A stretch of 64,000 nt of DNA, from the NCBI GenBank assembly GCA_012840015.1, contig DUMF01000026.1:21176-85175 (forward strand), in the 5' to 3' direction. Below, one piece after another: positions 1 through 10,061 of the stretch (positions are counted from its first letter, which is position 1; each line of letters begins with the position of its first letter). The position numbers and the translations under genes are program-made. The DNA is from Bacillota bacterium (lineage in GTDB: Bacteria; Bacillota; Sulfobacillia; DUMF01). The notes below the pieces were generated by a model. That model had not been told where the DNA came from and ran no database searches. It worked only from the letters and a program-made list of their open reading frames with translations.

Positions 1-1309
1 GGTAGAGCCTGCATGAAGAAGTGGCTCATCCTACTCCAGGTTTTGGAGTACACGTTGGAAAGCAAAGGTGCCCTTATGGGAGGGAGCTCTATTAACAGCT
101 GTCCCGGCTTGAGCGGAAAAGACCCAGAAGCTAGCGTTGCGGCCGCGTATCCACCTAAAATCATGGTGAGGAATATGATCCGGGCATCGGCGGAAAACCT
201 TTGGATGACTGCGCCCACTATCCCCAATGTAGCTGCACAAGGCACAGCCACTGAAATAAGGCACTGGCAGGCTTTCCTTTGGGAAGGATTGCCGATCACG
301 CGCGATGCAAGTATAGCCGGGGTGCGGCAGCCGAACGCCAGCACTACTGGGATCAAGCAGTCTCCCTGAAAACCCACAACGCTACACGGTCCATCAGCAG
401 CCGCGACGATCCGGGGCAAAAGGCCGCTGTCCTCGAGGAAAGCTATCGCCAGGTAGACAGCTAGCATCGAGGGCATCACTATCCCAAATGGTACAAAGAG
501 GCCACCAGGGATGACGCGTATTGCTATGTCCTTCCAGGCAGCTGAGATGGGTAAGGCCTCCATCGTGTATACCAGGAACTGCTCCGCCTTTACCAGCACT
601 CCTGAAAACAGCCATTCGGTGATGCCCTGAAACCAGACGATCCCCAAACAAAGAACTGAAAGGATTAGCAGCAAGAGAAGCAACCCCAGCGGATGAGCGT
701 CGAATAACTCTTCAATGGCCTCTGACCTCGCAGCCATTCTCGGTAGTTTTTTCGTCCTGATCAAGTTCCTCATGACAGAGGCAGGCACTTGCCTACCGCC
801 CCGGAAGTCTCCATTTGTAAGCGCGTCTACCAACAGCTTTTTCACGCAGGCAATTCCCTCTCCCGTGACTGCCGACACCGGCACCACCGGAACGCCCAAA
901 GCCTGCGAAAGGCCCGCGAAATCTGCGCTTATGCCCAGATGCCGCATCCGGTCTACCTGGGTCACTGCTACTAACACAGGCCTTCCCAGTTTGAGCAGCT
1001 CGTTCGTCAAAGTAAGTTGTCTCAACATATTGCAGCCGTCTATTACGTTAAGTAGCACAGCGTCAGGTTCTCTTTCGAGCATTGCGAGGGTGACTGCCTT
1101 TTCCGCTGTGCCAGGCATGAGGCTGTACGTCCCCGGAGTATCGACCAGCTCCAACTCGCCGTTCGCCGTCTTGAGCCTGGCCGAGAAAACCTCCACCGTG
1201 GTGCCCGGAAAGTTGGAGACTAAGGCGTGTGCCCCCGTGAGCGCATTCAGGAGTGTGCTCTTTCCCACGTTCGGTTGTCCAATCAGCAAAACCTTTCTCG
1301 GCGGCAACC
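1..1309 (-). CDS. feoB: Ferrous iron transporter FeoB (3' end runs off window start)
   Basis: Reverse-strand translation gives MPPRKVLLIGQPNVGKSTLLNALTG (G1 motif), NFPGTTVE, DTPG and VPVSAVTGEGI, followed by hydrophobic membrane segments. TTG start is preceded by GGGGTGA. The ORF is open to the window edge, so it is absent from the ORF track. The 270-aa plus-strand ORF 715..1527 is its shadow. Confidence 0.7.
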
Positions 1310-1343
1310 TATTTCACCCCGGAAAACGTTATTCGCTCCGGGG

Positions 1344-2183
1344 TTATTTGATGAAACTAAGCGGGATGAATCTAGGGCTTCTACCTTTCGCGAGTTTGGA
1401 GCAGGCAATTATCTCCGAAAGGATGCTTATCGCGATTTCTTCTGGAGTCTCGGCCCCAATGTCGAGGCCTATTGGCGTCTTCACCCCTTTCAAGTCCGAC
1501 TCAGCCACTCCTTTCGCCCGTAACTGACTGAAGCATTCAGCCACTTTCTCCCGACTGCCTATCATCCCTATGTACCAGGGTTTGTGCGGCAGCTCCAGCA
1601 GTTGATGCAGCACCTGCGCGTCGTGAGCATGGTCTCGGGTAACCACCACCGCACAATCTCTCTCTCCAATCGGCAGCGACGCTTCACCCAGCCGCCTGGC
1701 GATTTGATCGAAAAGGCCACACACTGTACGGATGCTATCGCTTTCTTTAATCTTGCAGAGTATGTCTTCTCGATCGTCATATACCACGACTCCAATCCCG
1801 CATGCTGCGGCTACCCGTGCGAGCGCTTGCCCCACATGGCCGCCGCCGAACACGAACAGCCGTCTCTGCTGCGAGACAACCTCGATGAAAACCATGGCCT
1901 TACCGCCACAAGCCGTGCCAATGCCGCTCTCATCCTGCGTAAGAGAGAAACTCTTCAATTCGCTTTGGCCCTCTCTTAAGCAGCGCAGCGCCTCTTGCAC
2001 TACGGTCGCCTCGAGTTTCCCTCCGCCAACTGTACCTAGAGTGCTCCCGTCGCTCAACACGAGCATCTTCGCTCCCTGGTGCCTTGGGGCAGCTCCCTCG
2101 GTAGCCACGACAGTAGCGACCGCGCACGGCACGCCTTTCTGGGCAAGCTCCGCTATTTTTTGATAAATCTCAAGTTCCTCCAA
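1344..2183 (-). CDS. XdhC/CoxI-family accessory protein (Rossmann-like C-terminal domain)
   Basis: 279-aa ORF. It contains VFGGGHVGQALARVAAACGIGVVVYDDRED and the N-terminal XdhC_CoxI-like pattern LSDGSTLGTVGGG. Confidence 0.7.
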   Translation of the reverse strand: MEELEIYQKIAELAQKGVPCAVATVVATEGAAPRHQGAKMLVLSDGSTLGTVGGGKLEATVVQEALRCLREGQSELKSFSLTQDESGIGTACGGKAMVFIEVVSQQRRLFVFGGGHVGQALARVAAACGIGVVVYDDREDILCKIKESDSIRTVCGLFDQIARRLGEASLPIGERDCAVVVTRDHAHDAQVLHQLLELPHKPWYIGMIGSREKVAECFSQLRAKGVAESDLKGVKTPIGLDIGAETPEEIAISILSEIIACSKLAKGRSPRFIPLSFIK

Positions 2184-2227
2184 TGGCCAAACCCCCTTCT
2201 CGGTTACCCCAGTAGATCATAAAGAAG

Positions 2228-2267
2228 AAGGCCGGGGACCGCAATCTCTACCCCGGGCCCGGCCTTT
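2228..2267 (-). terminator. GC-rich hairpin (GGCCGGG...CCCGGCC) followed by a T-rich run, downstream of the SH3 gene
   Basis: Sequence is ggccggggaccgcaatctctaccccgggcccggcc. It is flanked by TTTTTCT on the plus strand and TTCTTCTTT on the minus strand. Confidence 0.4.
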
Positions 2268-2276
2268 TTCTCCCCC

Positions 2277-2714
2277 TCAACCTTGGGGAGTCACGCACTC
2301 CACGAAAGACCGCCATACGAAGCCGTGAGTCCCGTCATGCAGCCTCACCCTCGCCCAATCCCCTGCCTGTGATAGGATGACCACTGTGGTGCCGCGGCTC
2401 AGCACCCTCAGAACCGGTCTGTCCGTTCCCGGCCCTTCCCTCACGTTTAAGAAGTCGACGATTACCCTAGCAGTGCACACGAATTCACCCGGTGGTGAAG
2501 GCTGGGTAGGCGTGGGTGTGGGAGTAGGCGGCTTGTGGCCCAGGATCATCCCCAGAATGACGAGCTGTTCCTCTTCGAGGTCTTTCAACCTCTTGGCTAA
2601 TTCCCGATCACCCGCAGAAGGGGCCAGGTCCACAAGCTCGTGATACAGACGCAGCAGTCTTTCTTCTTCGTTTCTAAGGGTTTCCGCAGTTTCGCCGAAT
2701 GTCTGTGGCGCCAT
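2277..2714 (-). CDS. Bacterial SH3-domain protein with PT-rich linker
   Basis: N-terminal helical region, a PPTPTPTPTQPSPP linker and a C-terminal SH3b-like segment RVIVDFLNVREGPGTD...GDWARVRL. Confidence 0.55.
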   Translation of the reverse strand: MAPQTFGETAETLRNEEERLLRLYHELVDLAPSAGDRELAKRLKDLEEEQLVILGMILGHKPPTPTPTPTQPSPPGEFVCTARVIVDFLNVREGPGTDRPVLRVLSRGTTVVILSQAGDWARVRLHDGTHGFVWRSFVECVTPQG

Positions 2715-2785
2715 TTCTTAAGCCTCCTGTACCCAGGGTTGCTCTCCACATAATATGCGGCACTCCGAAATGGCGCTACGAACGC

Positions 2786-3322
2786 TCAGCGCATCCAAGT
2801 GCATACTTCCGGAAGAGACTTCCGCCGCCTGGGAGACGGCCGTTCTGCAGGGTACCCGAGCGGTATTATCGCCAAGGGGCGTATCACCGACGGGTCCAAG
2901 TTTAGACAACGCGCCGCGCGACCCTCGTCGAAAGCCCCCACCCAGCACGTTCCCAGCCCGAGTGCAGTAGCAGCTAACAAGATATTCTCCACCGCCGCAG
3001 CAGTGTCTTGGATCAGGTACAATTCTCGGCCGCGCCTCCCATAAGCCTTCTCTGCTTCGGCCGGTACTCCGCAAACCACGATCACACACGGCGCAGCGGC
3101 CACAAACTTTTGCCCGAACGCCGCCTCGCTCAGGCAAGTGCGAATCTTCTCGTTAAGCACTACGAAGAACCTCCATGGCTCCACGCCACCAGCCGTTGGC
3201 GCCTGCACAGCAGCTTCGATCAGGCGGTTGATGATCGCATCCGGAATCAGCTTTTGCTCAAAAGAGCGCACGCTACGGCGCTCCCTGATTGCGTCGAAAA
3301 CATCTTTGGTCATGTTCATCAT
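2786..3322 (-). CDS. Nitroreductase-family protein
   Basis: 178 aa with RRSVRSF near the N-terminus and a GLGTCWVG motif typical of NADH nitroreductases. Confidence 0.8.
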   Translation of the reverse strand: MMNMTKDVFDAIRERRSVRSFEQKLIPDAIINRLIEAAVQAPTAGGVEPWRFFVVLNEKIRTCLSEAAFGQKFVAAAPCVIVVCGVPAEAEKAYGRRGRELYLIQDTAAAVENILLAATALGLGTCWVGAFDEGRAARCLNLDPSVIRPLAIIPLGYPAERPSPRRRKSLPEVCTWMR

Positions 3323-3534
3323 ACCTCCTCACCCTTATTCTACCAATCTATAGTCAACTCTACGTGCTTAAGGTGACGAAACTGGTAGTACCTCTGGCCG
3401 GGCTGCACCAGCGATTAGCAGGCTGACTGAGTAAACACAGCTGGGTAGCAGGTACTACGAGATAACCTACGCCAAGTGCAGAAACGAGCCAGTGTTGTGA
3501 GTGAGAGAAGAAAAGACAGGACAGATAAAAAGCC

Positions 3535-3886
3535 TTGATGGCAGCTATCTTTTTGAAGACCAGCCGTTGTGGCTGGATTGGTGATATACGGCGATTCTAC
3601 TCTACAAAGGAACTGACAAGCTACGCAGGGCTTGTGCCACGGCGTCCAGAGCAACGTAGCGATCACGGGTGCGGCCAAGGCTGTGCGACACTCACCTATC
3701 CCAGCTTATGCCCACCTGGAGGGCGTAGGGCAGCCAGACAACTTCACGGGGTTCTGTGACCCAGGGCTAGCACGGCTGCCCTGCCGCACCCATTGGCTTT
3801 GCCCGCGCGCTGATCACTACATTCGAGGCGTTTACGCCTTTATCATGCCAATTCTTCATGGCGCTTCACGCCGTCACCGGGAATGA
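3535..3886 (+). pseudogene. IS110-family transposase C-terminal remnant
   Basis: Contains FYSTKELTSYAGLVPRRPEQRS, resembling the conserved IS110 C-terminal motif (F.S..QLAAYAGLVP). Surrounding frames are broken. Confidence 0.45.
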
Positions 3887-4039
3887 AAATCTCATGCCGA
3901 TGGGGTAGAACGGTGGCAAACAGCCGGTTCCTGAGGCGGCACCGTCCATTGCCACAGTTGACCAGGTGAGACGTGGGGGAAAATCTCCGGGACGAGGAGC
4001 ACTCCGCCAGCGATTTAGCGGTGTGTCTATCAGTGGTGT

Positions 4040-4460
4040 GCAGGGATCGACGTGTACAAAAAGAGTATAAACGTGGCCATCGAGGGCACCGATGTCAACT
4101 GGAAGCCGGTCTACAACATCCTCGAGAGCACTTGCCATATGGTGCTGGCCAACCTTCGTAATGTGAGGAACGTGCCTGATCGTAAAGCCGACGTTTGCGA
4201 CGCAGAGTGGCTTGCGGCCCTACTCCGGTATGGGCTCATTCGGGGGCTTTATCCCGCCCAAACCCATCCGGGACCTTCGAGACGTTGTGCGCTACCGCAG
4301 AACCCCGGTCAGGGAAAGGAGTTGCGAAGTAAACCGGTTGCACGAAAAACGTTGAGGTGATGAACATCAAACTGGCCTCGGTGGCTGCAGACGTGCTGGG
4401 TGTCTCGGATCGCGGTATGCTGGAAGCAATCAGCTCCATAGCGGCAGGAGTAGCGACAAA
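4040..4460 (+). pseudogene. IS110-family transposase N-terminal/middle remnant (frameshifted, truncated)
   Basis: GIDVYKKSINVAIEG...VRNVPDRKADVCDAEWLAALLRYGLIRG in one frame and MNIKLASVAADVLGVSDRGMLEAI in another. These are typical IS110 DEDD-transposase motifs. No C-terminal domain follows. Confidence 0.55.
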
Positions 4461-4495
4461 AACAGGTGGTTAAGCGTGGGGGTATGGTATATCGC

Positions 4496-5440
4496 CTAAA
4501 ACAGAAATTGCCCGGCTCTGATTACCAGTTGGCCGTCCAGGTAGAGGTCTGGTTTGGATATAACACAGTCGATGTGTTTACCGGCCCGGACTTTTCCACC
4601 GAAACCGGCGTTTTCGCCGAACGCCACGTGTATCGTGCCGTAAGCCTTCTCGTCTTCAACGATGATCCCGGTAAGTCGCGCCCTGGGGTTGGTCCCGATT
4701 CCCAATTCGGCCACGTTGCGAGCCTCTCCGTCTTCCAGTATCTGAGCAAGACGGTGTGCCTCACCGCCAGAGAAGTCCGTAGCGATCCCGCCCCTCACCG
4801 AAACCAGCAAGGGGGAGGATAGCTTCCCGACGCCGGCGACGGAGACGTCTATGTACAGCTCTCCTTCAGCGGTACCCTCGACAGGCGCTACATAGGCTTC
4901 GCCCGCAGGCAGGTTGCCCCACTCGCCTGGCCGCAAGTAATGTCCAGTATCCGCCACGGCTTTTCGGCCCTTCAGGCTCAAGTTAAGTTCGTGACCTTCC
5001 TTTACAATCCGAACATGGCTGGCTGCGTCCAGAAGAGATGCCACTTTCGCTGTAAGCTCCTTGACGACCCCATAATCTGCAGTCATCCCGCCGCAATAGA
5101 ACATCTCTTCTGTTATGCCTGGCATGGTGGCGATCCTCGCCCCAGCGGCGGTAGCCTCCGTCCTGGCGCGGGTGTGCGTCAGCGACCTGGTGGTCGGGCA
5201 GAGCACCACGTCTGATGCTCGCATGACCTGAGCCACGGCATCGGGAGGCTCTTCGCCGCTCACGTTCCTGGGCTTCATAACCACCATCACGGCATCGTTG
5301 CCTAGCTCGAAAGCGGCGGACAAGAAGGCGCTCCCTATTTCTTTCTTTCCGGTATCCGAGATCACCGCAACAGACTCCCCTGGCAACAGGCCCATGCATG
5401 TCACCAGGACTCTCTTGCATGTATCCGTGAGTATGCTCAT
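4496..5440 (-). CDS. M29-family (thermophilic aminopeptidase-like) metallopeptidase
   Basis: Contains ELGIGTNP and GTIHVAFG motifs. GGGAGGA RBS lies 5 nt upstream of the ATG at MSILTD. Confidence 0.6.
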   Translation of the reverse strand: MSILTDTCKRVLVTCMGLLPGESVAVISDTGKKEIGSAFLSAAFELGNDAVMVVMKPRNVSGEEPPDAVAQVMRASDVVLCPTTRSLTHTRARTEATAAGARIATMPGITEEMFYCGGMTADYGVVKELTAKVASLLDAASHVRIVKEGHELNLSLKGRKAVADTGHYLRPGEWGNLPAGEAYVAPVEGTAEGELYIDVSVAGVGKLSSPLLVSVRGGIATDFSGGEAHRLAQILEDGEARNVAELGIGTNPRARLTGIIVEDEKAYGTIHVAFGENAGFGGKVRAGKHIDCVISKPDLYLDGQLVIRAGQFLF

Positions 5441-5492
5441 ATGGAATCCTCCCGCTTCGCGCAGTAAATGCGGAGCGCTGTGCACCATTAGC

Positions 5493-6212
5493 TCAAGTTG
5501 CCATTTTGTGCGGAGGTCGGCAGTAGCTCAAGGCGCTGTGCGCGATTCGCATCCGCGCGAGGCCTTCAGCCAGAGCCATGGCGGCACCAACCGGGTCAAC
5601 CACTGGGACGTCGAGCCCTGTGGCCTCCAGGATGGCTTCGTGCAGGCTGGCTGCAGTGCCCGTCATCCCCGTGCAGCCCAGAACCAGCACGTGAGCACCG
5701 TGTTTTTTCACGGCTGTCAAGGCCTGGTCCTTCAACTGCGTTAGGAGCCGCCCCCTATCGCCGAGTTCCCTGACGGGTATGTCCACGGCCGAAATGCTGG
5801 TGATTTTATCCGCCAGCCCGATAGCCCTTGCATTTTCCAGGAGCACTGCTCTCAGGGCGCTGGCCACGGTGATAATCCCGATGGTCGCGCCAAGGGAGGC
5901 CGCCAGTAGCATAGCCGACTCACCCGCCCCCACCACTGGTATGCGTACCACCTCACGCGCGGCCCCAAGCCCCGGGTCCGCGAAACAGTTTACGATGCAC
6001 GCGTCGAAACCTTCGCTCTGAGCCACCAGTGCACACTCTACCACTCCGGTGGCCGCCATTGCCACATCGTACCTGGATTCCACCGAAGAGGGCCCATTGC
6101 GTATCTTCTCCGCTAGAACCTCGGTCCCCGGTGACGCATACGGCCTGAACTGCTCCTCGATGGCCGAATTGGGAGCCGCAGACGATACAGGCCTGATAAT
6201 GCGTATCCTCAA
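5493..6212 (-). CDS. Asp/Glu/hydantoin racemase-family protein
   Basis: 239 aa with MRIRIINP-like start, two-domain layout and GCTGM motif, matching hydantoin racemase/Asp-Glu racemase family. Confidence 0.65.
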   Translation of the reverse strand: MRIRIIRPVSSAAPNSAIEEQFRPYASPGTEVLAEKIRNGPSSVESRYDVAMAATGVVECALVAQSEGFDACIVNCFADPGLGAAREVVRIPVVGAGESAMLLAASLGATIGIITVASALRAVLLENARAIGLADKITSISAVDIPVRELGDRGRLLTQLKDQALTAVKKHGAHVLVLGCTGMTGTAASLHEAILEATGLDVPVVDPVGAAMALAEGLARMRIAHSALSYCRPPHKMAT

Positions 6213-6225
6213 CCCATATTCCCCC

Positions 6226-6942
6226 TCACGCGCCTAAGTACGCCTTTATCACTTCTTGGTCGCCCAGCAGCTGCTCGCCCGTGCCTTCCTTAACCACTCG
6301 CCCGTTCTCCAGCACATAGCTTCTGTGCGAAAGCTTGAGTGCCTTTCGGGCGTTTTGTTCCACGAGCAAAAGCGAGGTGCCCTCGGTGTTAATGGCTCTT
6401 AAAGTCTGAAACACCTCGTTCACCATCATCGGAGCGAGCCCCAGCGACGGTTCGTCCAGAAGCAAGAGCCTTGGTCTGGACATCAGCCCTCTCCCGATGG
6501 CCAGCATCTGCTGCTCGCCCCCAGAGAGAGTACCCGCCCGTTGGTTCAATCGCTCGCCCAGCCTGGGGAACTTCTCGATTACCCTATCCATATCCCGGAG
6601 CAAACCGGCGCGGTCTTTTCGCCTGAGGTACGCGCCCATCAAAAGATTCTCCCGGACACTCAGGTTTACGAACACTTGCCTGCCCTCCGGCACCAACACT
6701 ATCCCCTGTCCCGCCACCAAGTGAGGGACGCCCGGCAAACGCTTCCCGCAAAAGAGCACTTCGCCCTGCGCAACGCGTTGAAATCCCACGATCGCTCTGA
6801 GCAGAGTGGTCTTGCCGGCCCCGTTCGCGCCGATGATGGAGACCACTTCGCCTTCTTCCACTTCGATGTTTACACCCCACAGCGCATGTATTACACCGTA
6901 GAAAACATGCAGGTTCCTGACCTCTAGCAACACGTCACTCAT
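6226..6942 (-). CDS. livF: Branched-chain amino acid ABC transporter ATP-binding protein LivF
   Basis: Walker A GANGAGKTT, signature LSGGEQQML, and C-terminal KAYLG. Confidence 0.85.
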   Translation of the reverse strand: MSDVLLEVRNLHVFYGVIHALWGVNIEVEEGEVVSIIGANGAGKTTLLRAIVGFQRVAQGEVLFCGKRLPGVPHLVAGQGIVLVPEGRQVFVNLSVRENLLMGAYLRRKDRAGLLRDMDRVIEKFPRLGERLNQRAGTLSGGEQQMLAIGRGLMSRPRLLLLDEPSLGLAPMMVNEVFQTLRAINTEGTSLLLVEQNARKALKLSHRSYVLENGRVVKEGTGEQLLGDQEVIKAYLGA

Positions 6943-7714
6943 CCTCCCGCCCCAGATACGCTTCGATCACCGCGGGGTTGGAGCGCACCTCCTGGGGTGT
7001 GCCAGCCGCAATGGTCTTACCGAAGTTGAGCACCACAATGCGATCACAGATGCTCATGACGACGCCCATGTGGTGTTCTATCATGAGGATAGCGAGGGAA
7101 AACTGCTTCTGAATTCTGGCAATGGTCGAAATCATCTCCTCGGTCTCCACAGGGTTCATGCCGGACGTGGGCTCGTCGAGCAGGAGTATCCTGGGGGATA
7201 GCGCCAGGGCTCTGGCTATTTCGAGCTTGCGCTGGTGACCATACGGCAGCGCAGTGGCGCGCTTTCCGGCATCCGCCTCCAGCCCAAGCACCCGAAGAAT
7301 CTCCATGGCGGCACATCGGGCACGGGATACCTGGCGGGAATAAGGTCCCGCGTGAGTCAGGCTCGTCAGTACGCTGTAGCCGCTGCGGGCCTCGAGAGCT
7401 ACCATTACGTTTTCGATGACTGTAAGCTCCTTGAATAGTCTGATGTTCTGGAACGTCCTGGCCACTCCCTTGAGGGCGATTAGATCCGGCCTGAGGCCGG
7501 TTACCGGCTCGCCCATCAGGGTTATCTGCCCCGAGTCGGGTACGTATATGCCGGTGATCAAGTTGAACACCGTGGTCTTGCCCGCCCCGTTGGGACCGAT
7601 TAGCCCGACCACCTGCTCGGCTCCAAGGCTGAGGTTGAAATCCTGGACGGCCTTGATCCCGCCGAAAGCCTTACTTACATTTTTAATTTCCAGAACGCCG
7701 TTCAAACCGATCAC
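6935..7714 (-). CDS. livG: Branched-chain amino acid ABC transporter ATP-binding protein LivG
   Basis: GPNGAGKTT Walker A, LSYGHQRKLEIARALA signature, and C-terminal EAYLG. Confidence 0.85.
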   Translation of the reverse strand: MIGLNGVLEIKNVSKAFGGIKAVQDFNLSLGAEQVVGLIGPNGAGKTTVFNLITGIYVPDSGQITLMGEPVTGLRPDLIALKGVARTFQNIRLFKELTVIENVMVALEARSGYSVLTSLTHAGPYSRQVSRARCAAMEILRVLGLEADAGKRATALPYGHQRKLEIARALALSPRILLLDEPTSGMNPVETEEMISTIARIQKQFSLAILMIEHHMGVVMSICDRIVVLNFGKTIAAGTPQEVRSNPAVIEAYLGREDE

Positions 7715-8565
7715 CTCGCCCCCAACGAGGAGTCCTCCCGCCGCCAGAGCGTTAGCTCCCTTCCGCCCAATAACCCTTCAGGCCGTACGATCACCGTCAG
7801 AATGATGGCCAGCCCGTAGATGGTAAGCCTCCACTTCGCCAGCAACCTGAAAACCTCAGGTAATGTCACTAAAATGAAAGTCGCAATGGTGGGGCCCGTC
7901 ACCGAATTCAATCCGCCCAGCAAGACCGTAATGGATAGCTGAGACGACATGGCGATATCGAACATGTTGGGCTGCAGGTAAGTCAGGTAGTGCGCCAGGA
8001 GACCCCCGGACAAACCACACAGGACGCCGCTCACCACGAAGGCGGTCAATCTCGTCCTGTGCACGGGTATTCCCGAGGCGCTGGCCGCGATCTCATCATT
8101 CTTGACACAAACGCACGCCCGGCCCACAGGCGAGTACGCCAAGTTCCAAACCAATATGAAGGACAGAATACTCAGTGCCAAAACCCAAGGCAAGGTGGTC
8201 TGCAGGGGAATAGCCGAGTACCCTGAAGCCCCGCCGGTAAGGTCCTTCAGCATTATGGTGGAAATCCTCACTGTCTCGCCAAAGCCTAAGGCCACGATGG
8301 CGAAGTAGGTTCCCTTTATCCTAAGAGTTGGGATGCCTATCCCGAAAGCCACCAGCCCGGCCACCAGCGCACCCAGAGCGAGGCTCACCGGAAAAGGCAG
8401 CGACAGCCGAACTGACGAGATGGCGCTGGCGTATGCTCCAAGAGCCACGAAGCCCGCGTGGCCGAAGGAAAAATTCCCTGTGAAGCCCGTGAAAAACGCC
8501 AGACCAAGCACTGCTATGAGGTTGATCCCGGTTATTATGCATATACTTTCCAGGTAGCTGAGCAT
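7711..8565 (-). CDS. livM: Branched-chain amino acid ABC transporter permease LivM
   Basis: Polytopic membrane protein with LSFGHAGFVALGAY and LGGLNSVTGP motifs of LivM/BraE permeases. Confidence 0.8.
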   Translation of the reverse strand: MLSYLESICIITGINLIAVLGLAFFTGFTGNFSFGHAGFVALGAYASAISSVRLSLPFPVSLALGALVAGLVAFGIGIPTLRIKGTYFAIVALGFGETVRISTIMLKDLTGGASGYSAIPLQTTLPWVLALSILSFILVWNLAYSPVGRACVCVKNDEIAASASGIPVHRTRLTAFVVSGVLCGLSGGLLAHYLTYLQPNMFDIAMSSQLSITVLLGGLNSVTGPTIATFILVTLPEVFRLLAKWRLTIYGLAIILTVIVRPEGLLGGRELTLWRREDSSLGAR

Positions 8566-8578
8566 ATCCTTATCCCCT

Positions 8579-9395
8579 CTATGCCTTTTCCTCTACCTGC
8601 TTTCCCAAAAGCCCCTGAGGTCTGAACAGCAAGACCAGAATTAACAGCAGGAAAACCACCAGGTTACTGGCCTCAGAGGATACGTAAGCGGTGACGAAAG
8701 TCTCCAGCAGTCCCACGCCAAGGGAAGCCACTACGGCCCCGGCCAGACTCCCCAGGCCGCCGAAGACGGTCGCAATGAACACTTTGTTGGTCATGTACCA
8801 CATCTGAGGGTACACGGTATACTTGATCCCCAATATGACGCCGGCGAGCCCCGCTGCTCCCCCGGCTATGAAGAATATGAGGCCCAGGAGCACGTTGAGG
8901 TTGACTCCCATCAACTCGGTGGCCTCCAGGTTACCCGAGGCTGCGCGAATCGCAGCCCCCTCCATAGTGTTCTGTATCCCATATGAAAACACGACAAGAA
9001 AAGCCATCGTCAGCACTAGAGCCAGCAAGTCTGGTACTCCCATACTCAGGCCACCTATCGGAATAGGAGTGGTCCTCAAGACAGGCGGGTACACCAGGAA
9101 AAGCGGACCAATCACGTTTATTACCAGGTTCTCGAAGAACGTGCAGAATCCCATCGAAAGAGCCAGGTAGTATATCTTGGCGATCTTTTTCTGGCGTAGA
9201 AACCTATATCCGAAGAACTCCATCAGCGAGGACACAAGTCCTCCGCCCACCACCGCCACGAGAAGGCCCAGGGAGAAGGACGGTATGAGAATACACGAGA
9301 AATAGCCCAGGTATGCAGCTAGCATCATGGTGAACCACGGCTAAGGAAGCGTAGATGCTGCCTATGGATAAACCGTTCAGAATCTGCTGAACCAT
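8579..9395 (-). pseudogene. livH: LivH permease, disrupted (about 20 codons lost plus frameshift after SIYASLA); no livK upstream
   Basis: N-terminus MVQQILNGLSIGSIYASLA is in one frame. The rest (MMLAAYLGYF...) is in another, preceded by an in-frame TAG. The conserved LGYTMVYG..NFAHGD block present in the intact paralog at 49175 is absent. Confidence 0.6.
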
Positions 9396-9502
9396 GAACC
9401 CTCCCCCGGCCACCCGCCGCAATAGCCAGGGGAGGAAACGCAACCATCCACACCAATCGCTCGAGTTCACTCTACTTGCCCAGGAAAGGGAAAGTGGTGG
9501 TT

Positions 9503-9540
9503 GCAGAAGAAAAATAAAATTAGCGGGTATTATTACCCGC
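9503..9540 (-). terminator. Rho-independent terminator after the AT-rich cassette
   Basis: Hairpin gcgggta-ttat-tacccgc at 9523-9540. It is followed on the minus strand by TAATTTTATTTTTCTTCT. Confidence 0.5.
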
Positions 9541-9556
9541 ACAAATTTGGTTAATT

Positions 9557-9988
9557 TTACCTGTTTCTGCGCTGCGTTAGGTTTTTATGTAGCTCGAGGA
9601 GGTACTCGTAATCCCTATCGTGCTTTATTTTGTTGCTCTTGTGGGGCAGCGTTCTCAAGGCTATTTCCATCAAAGCGTCGTTTCCATTTAGAAAATATGC
9701 GGTCACTAACTCGTTGAAAGTCTTGATGTCTTTGAGGCCCATGGCGCGAGTGATTTTGGAGTATATTGTTTGCGGTGTTACCTTTTCCTCTTCGGCTATT
9801 GGGGGTATTATTTCTTCCGACAGGACTCGGTTCAAGAGCTTGTAATCGTCTTCTTTCAATTCCAACGCAAGCAAGGGACTGGGATAAAGAAAGACCTCCA
9901 ACTCCGAAAGGGCTGTCATGATTCGCCCGAAATGACGGGTTTTCTTTGATAGCCATTCTTGATTGATGACAGAAAAGTTTTCTTGCAT
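9557..9988 (-). CDS. Hypothetical protein, possible HTH, in AT-rich cassette
   Basis: 143-aa ORF in a visibly AT-rich stretch. It contains EEKVTPQTIYSKITRAMGLKD, a helix-turn-helix-like segment. No recognisable family. Confidence 0.45.
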   Translation of the reverse strand: MQENFSVINQEWLSKKTRHFGRIMTALSELEVFLYPSPLLALELKEDDYKLLNRVLSEEIIPPIAEEEKVTPQTIYSKITRAMGLKDIKTFNELVTAYFLNGNDALMEIALRTLPHKSNKIKHDRDYEYLLELHKNLTQRRNR

Positions 9989-10061
9989 ATTTCACGTAGC
10001 GGCCCCTTCCTGCCGCTAAATTCCTCCTTTCATCCGGTTTGCGACAAGCTTTGTCTTTCTG

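Noticed and set aside
715-1527. 270-aa plus-strand ORF
   Set aside because: Low-complexity Ser/Thr/Pro-rich translation. It is the antisense shadow of the feoB gene on the minus strand.
2377-2643. 88-aa plus-strand ORF with GVGVGVGG repeat
   Set aside because: Antisense of the PT-linker of the SH3 protein gene. It is a shadow ORF.
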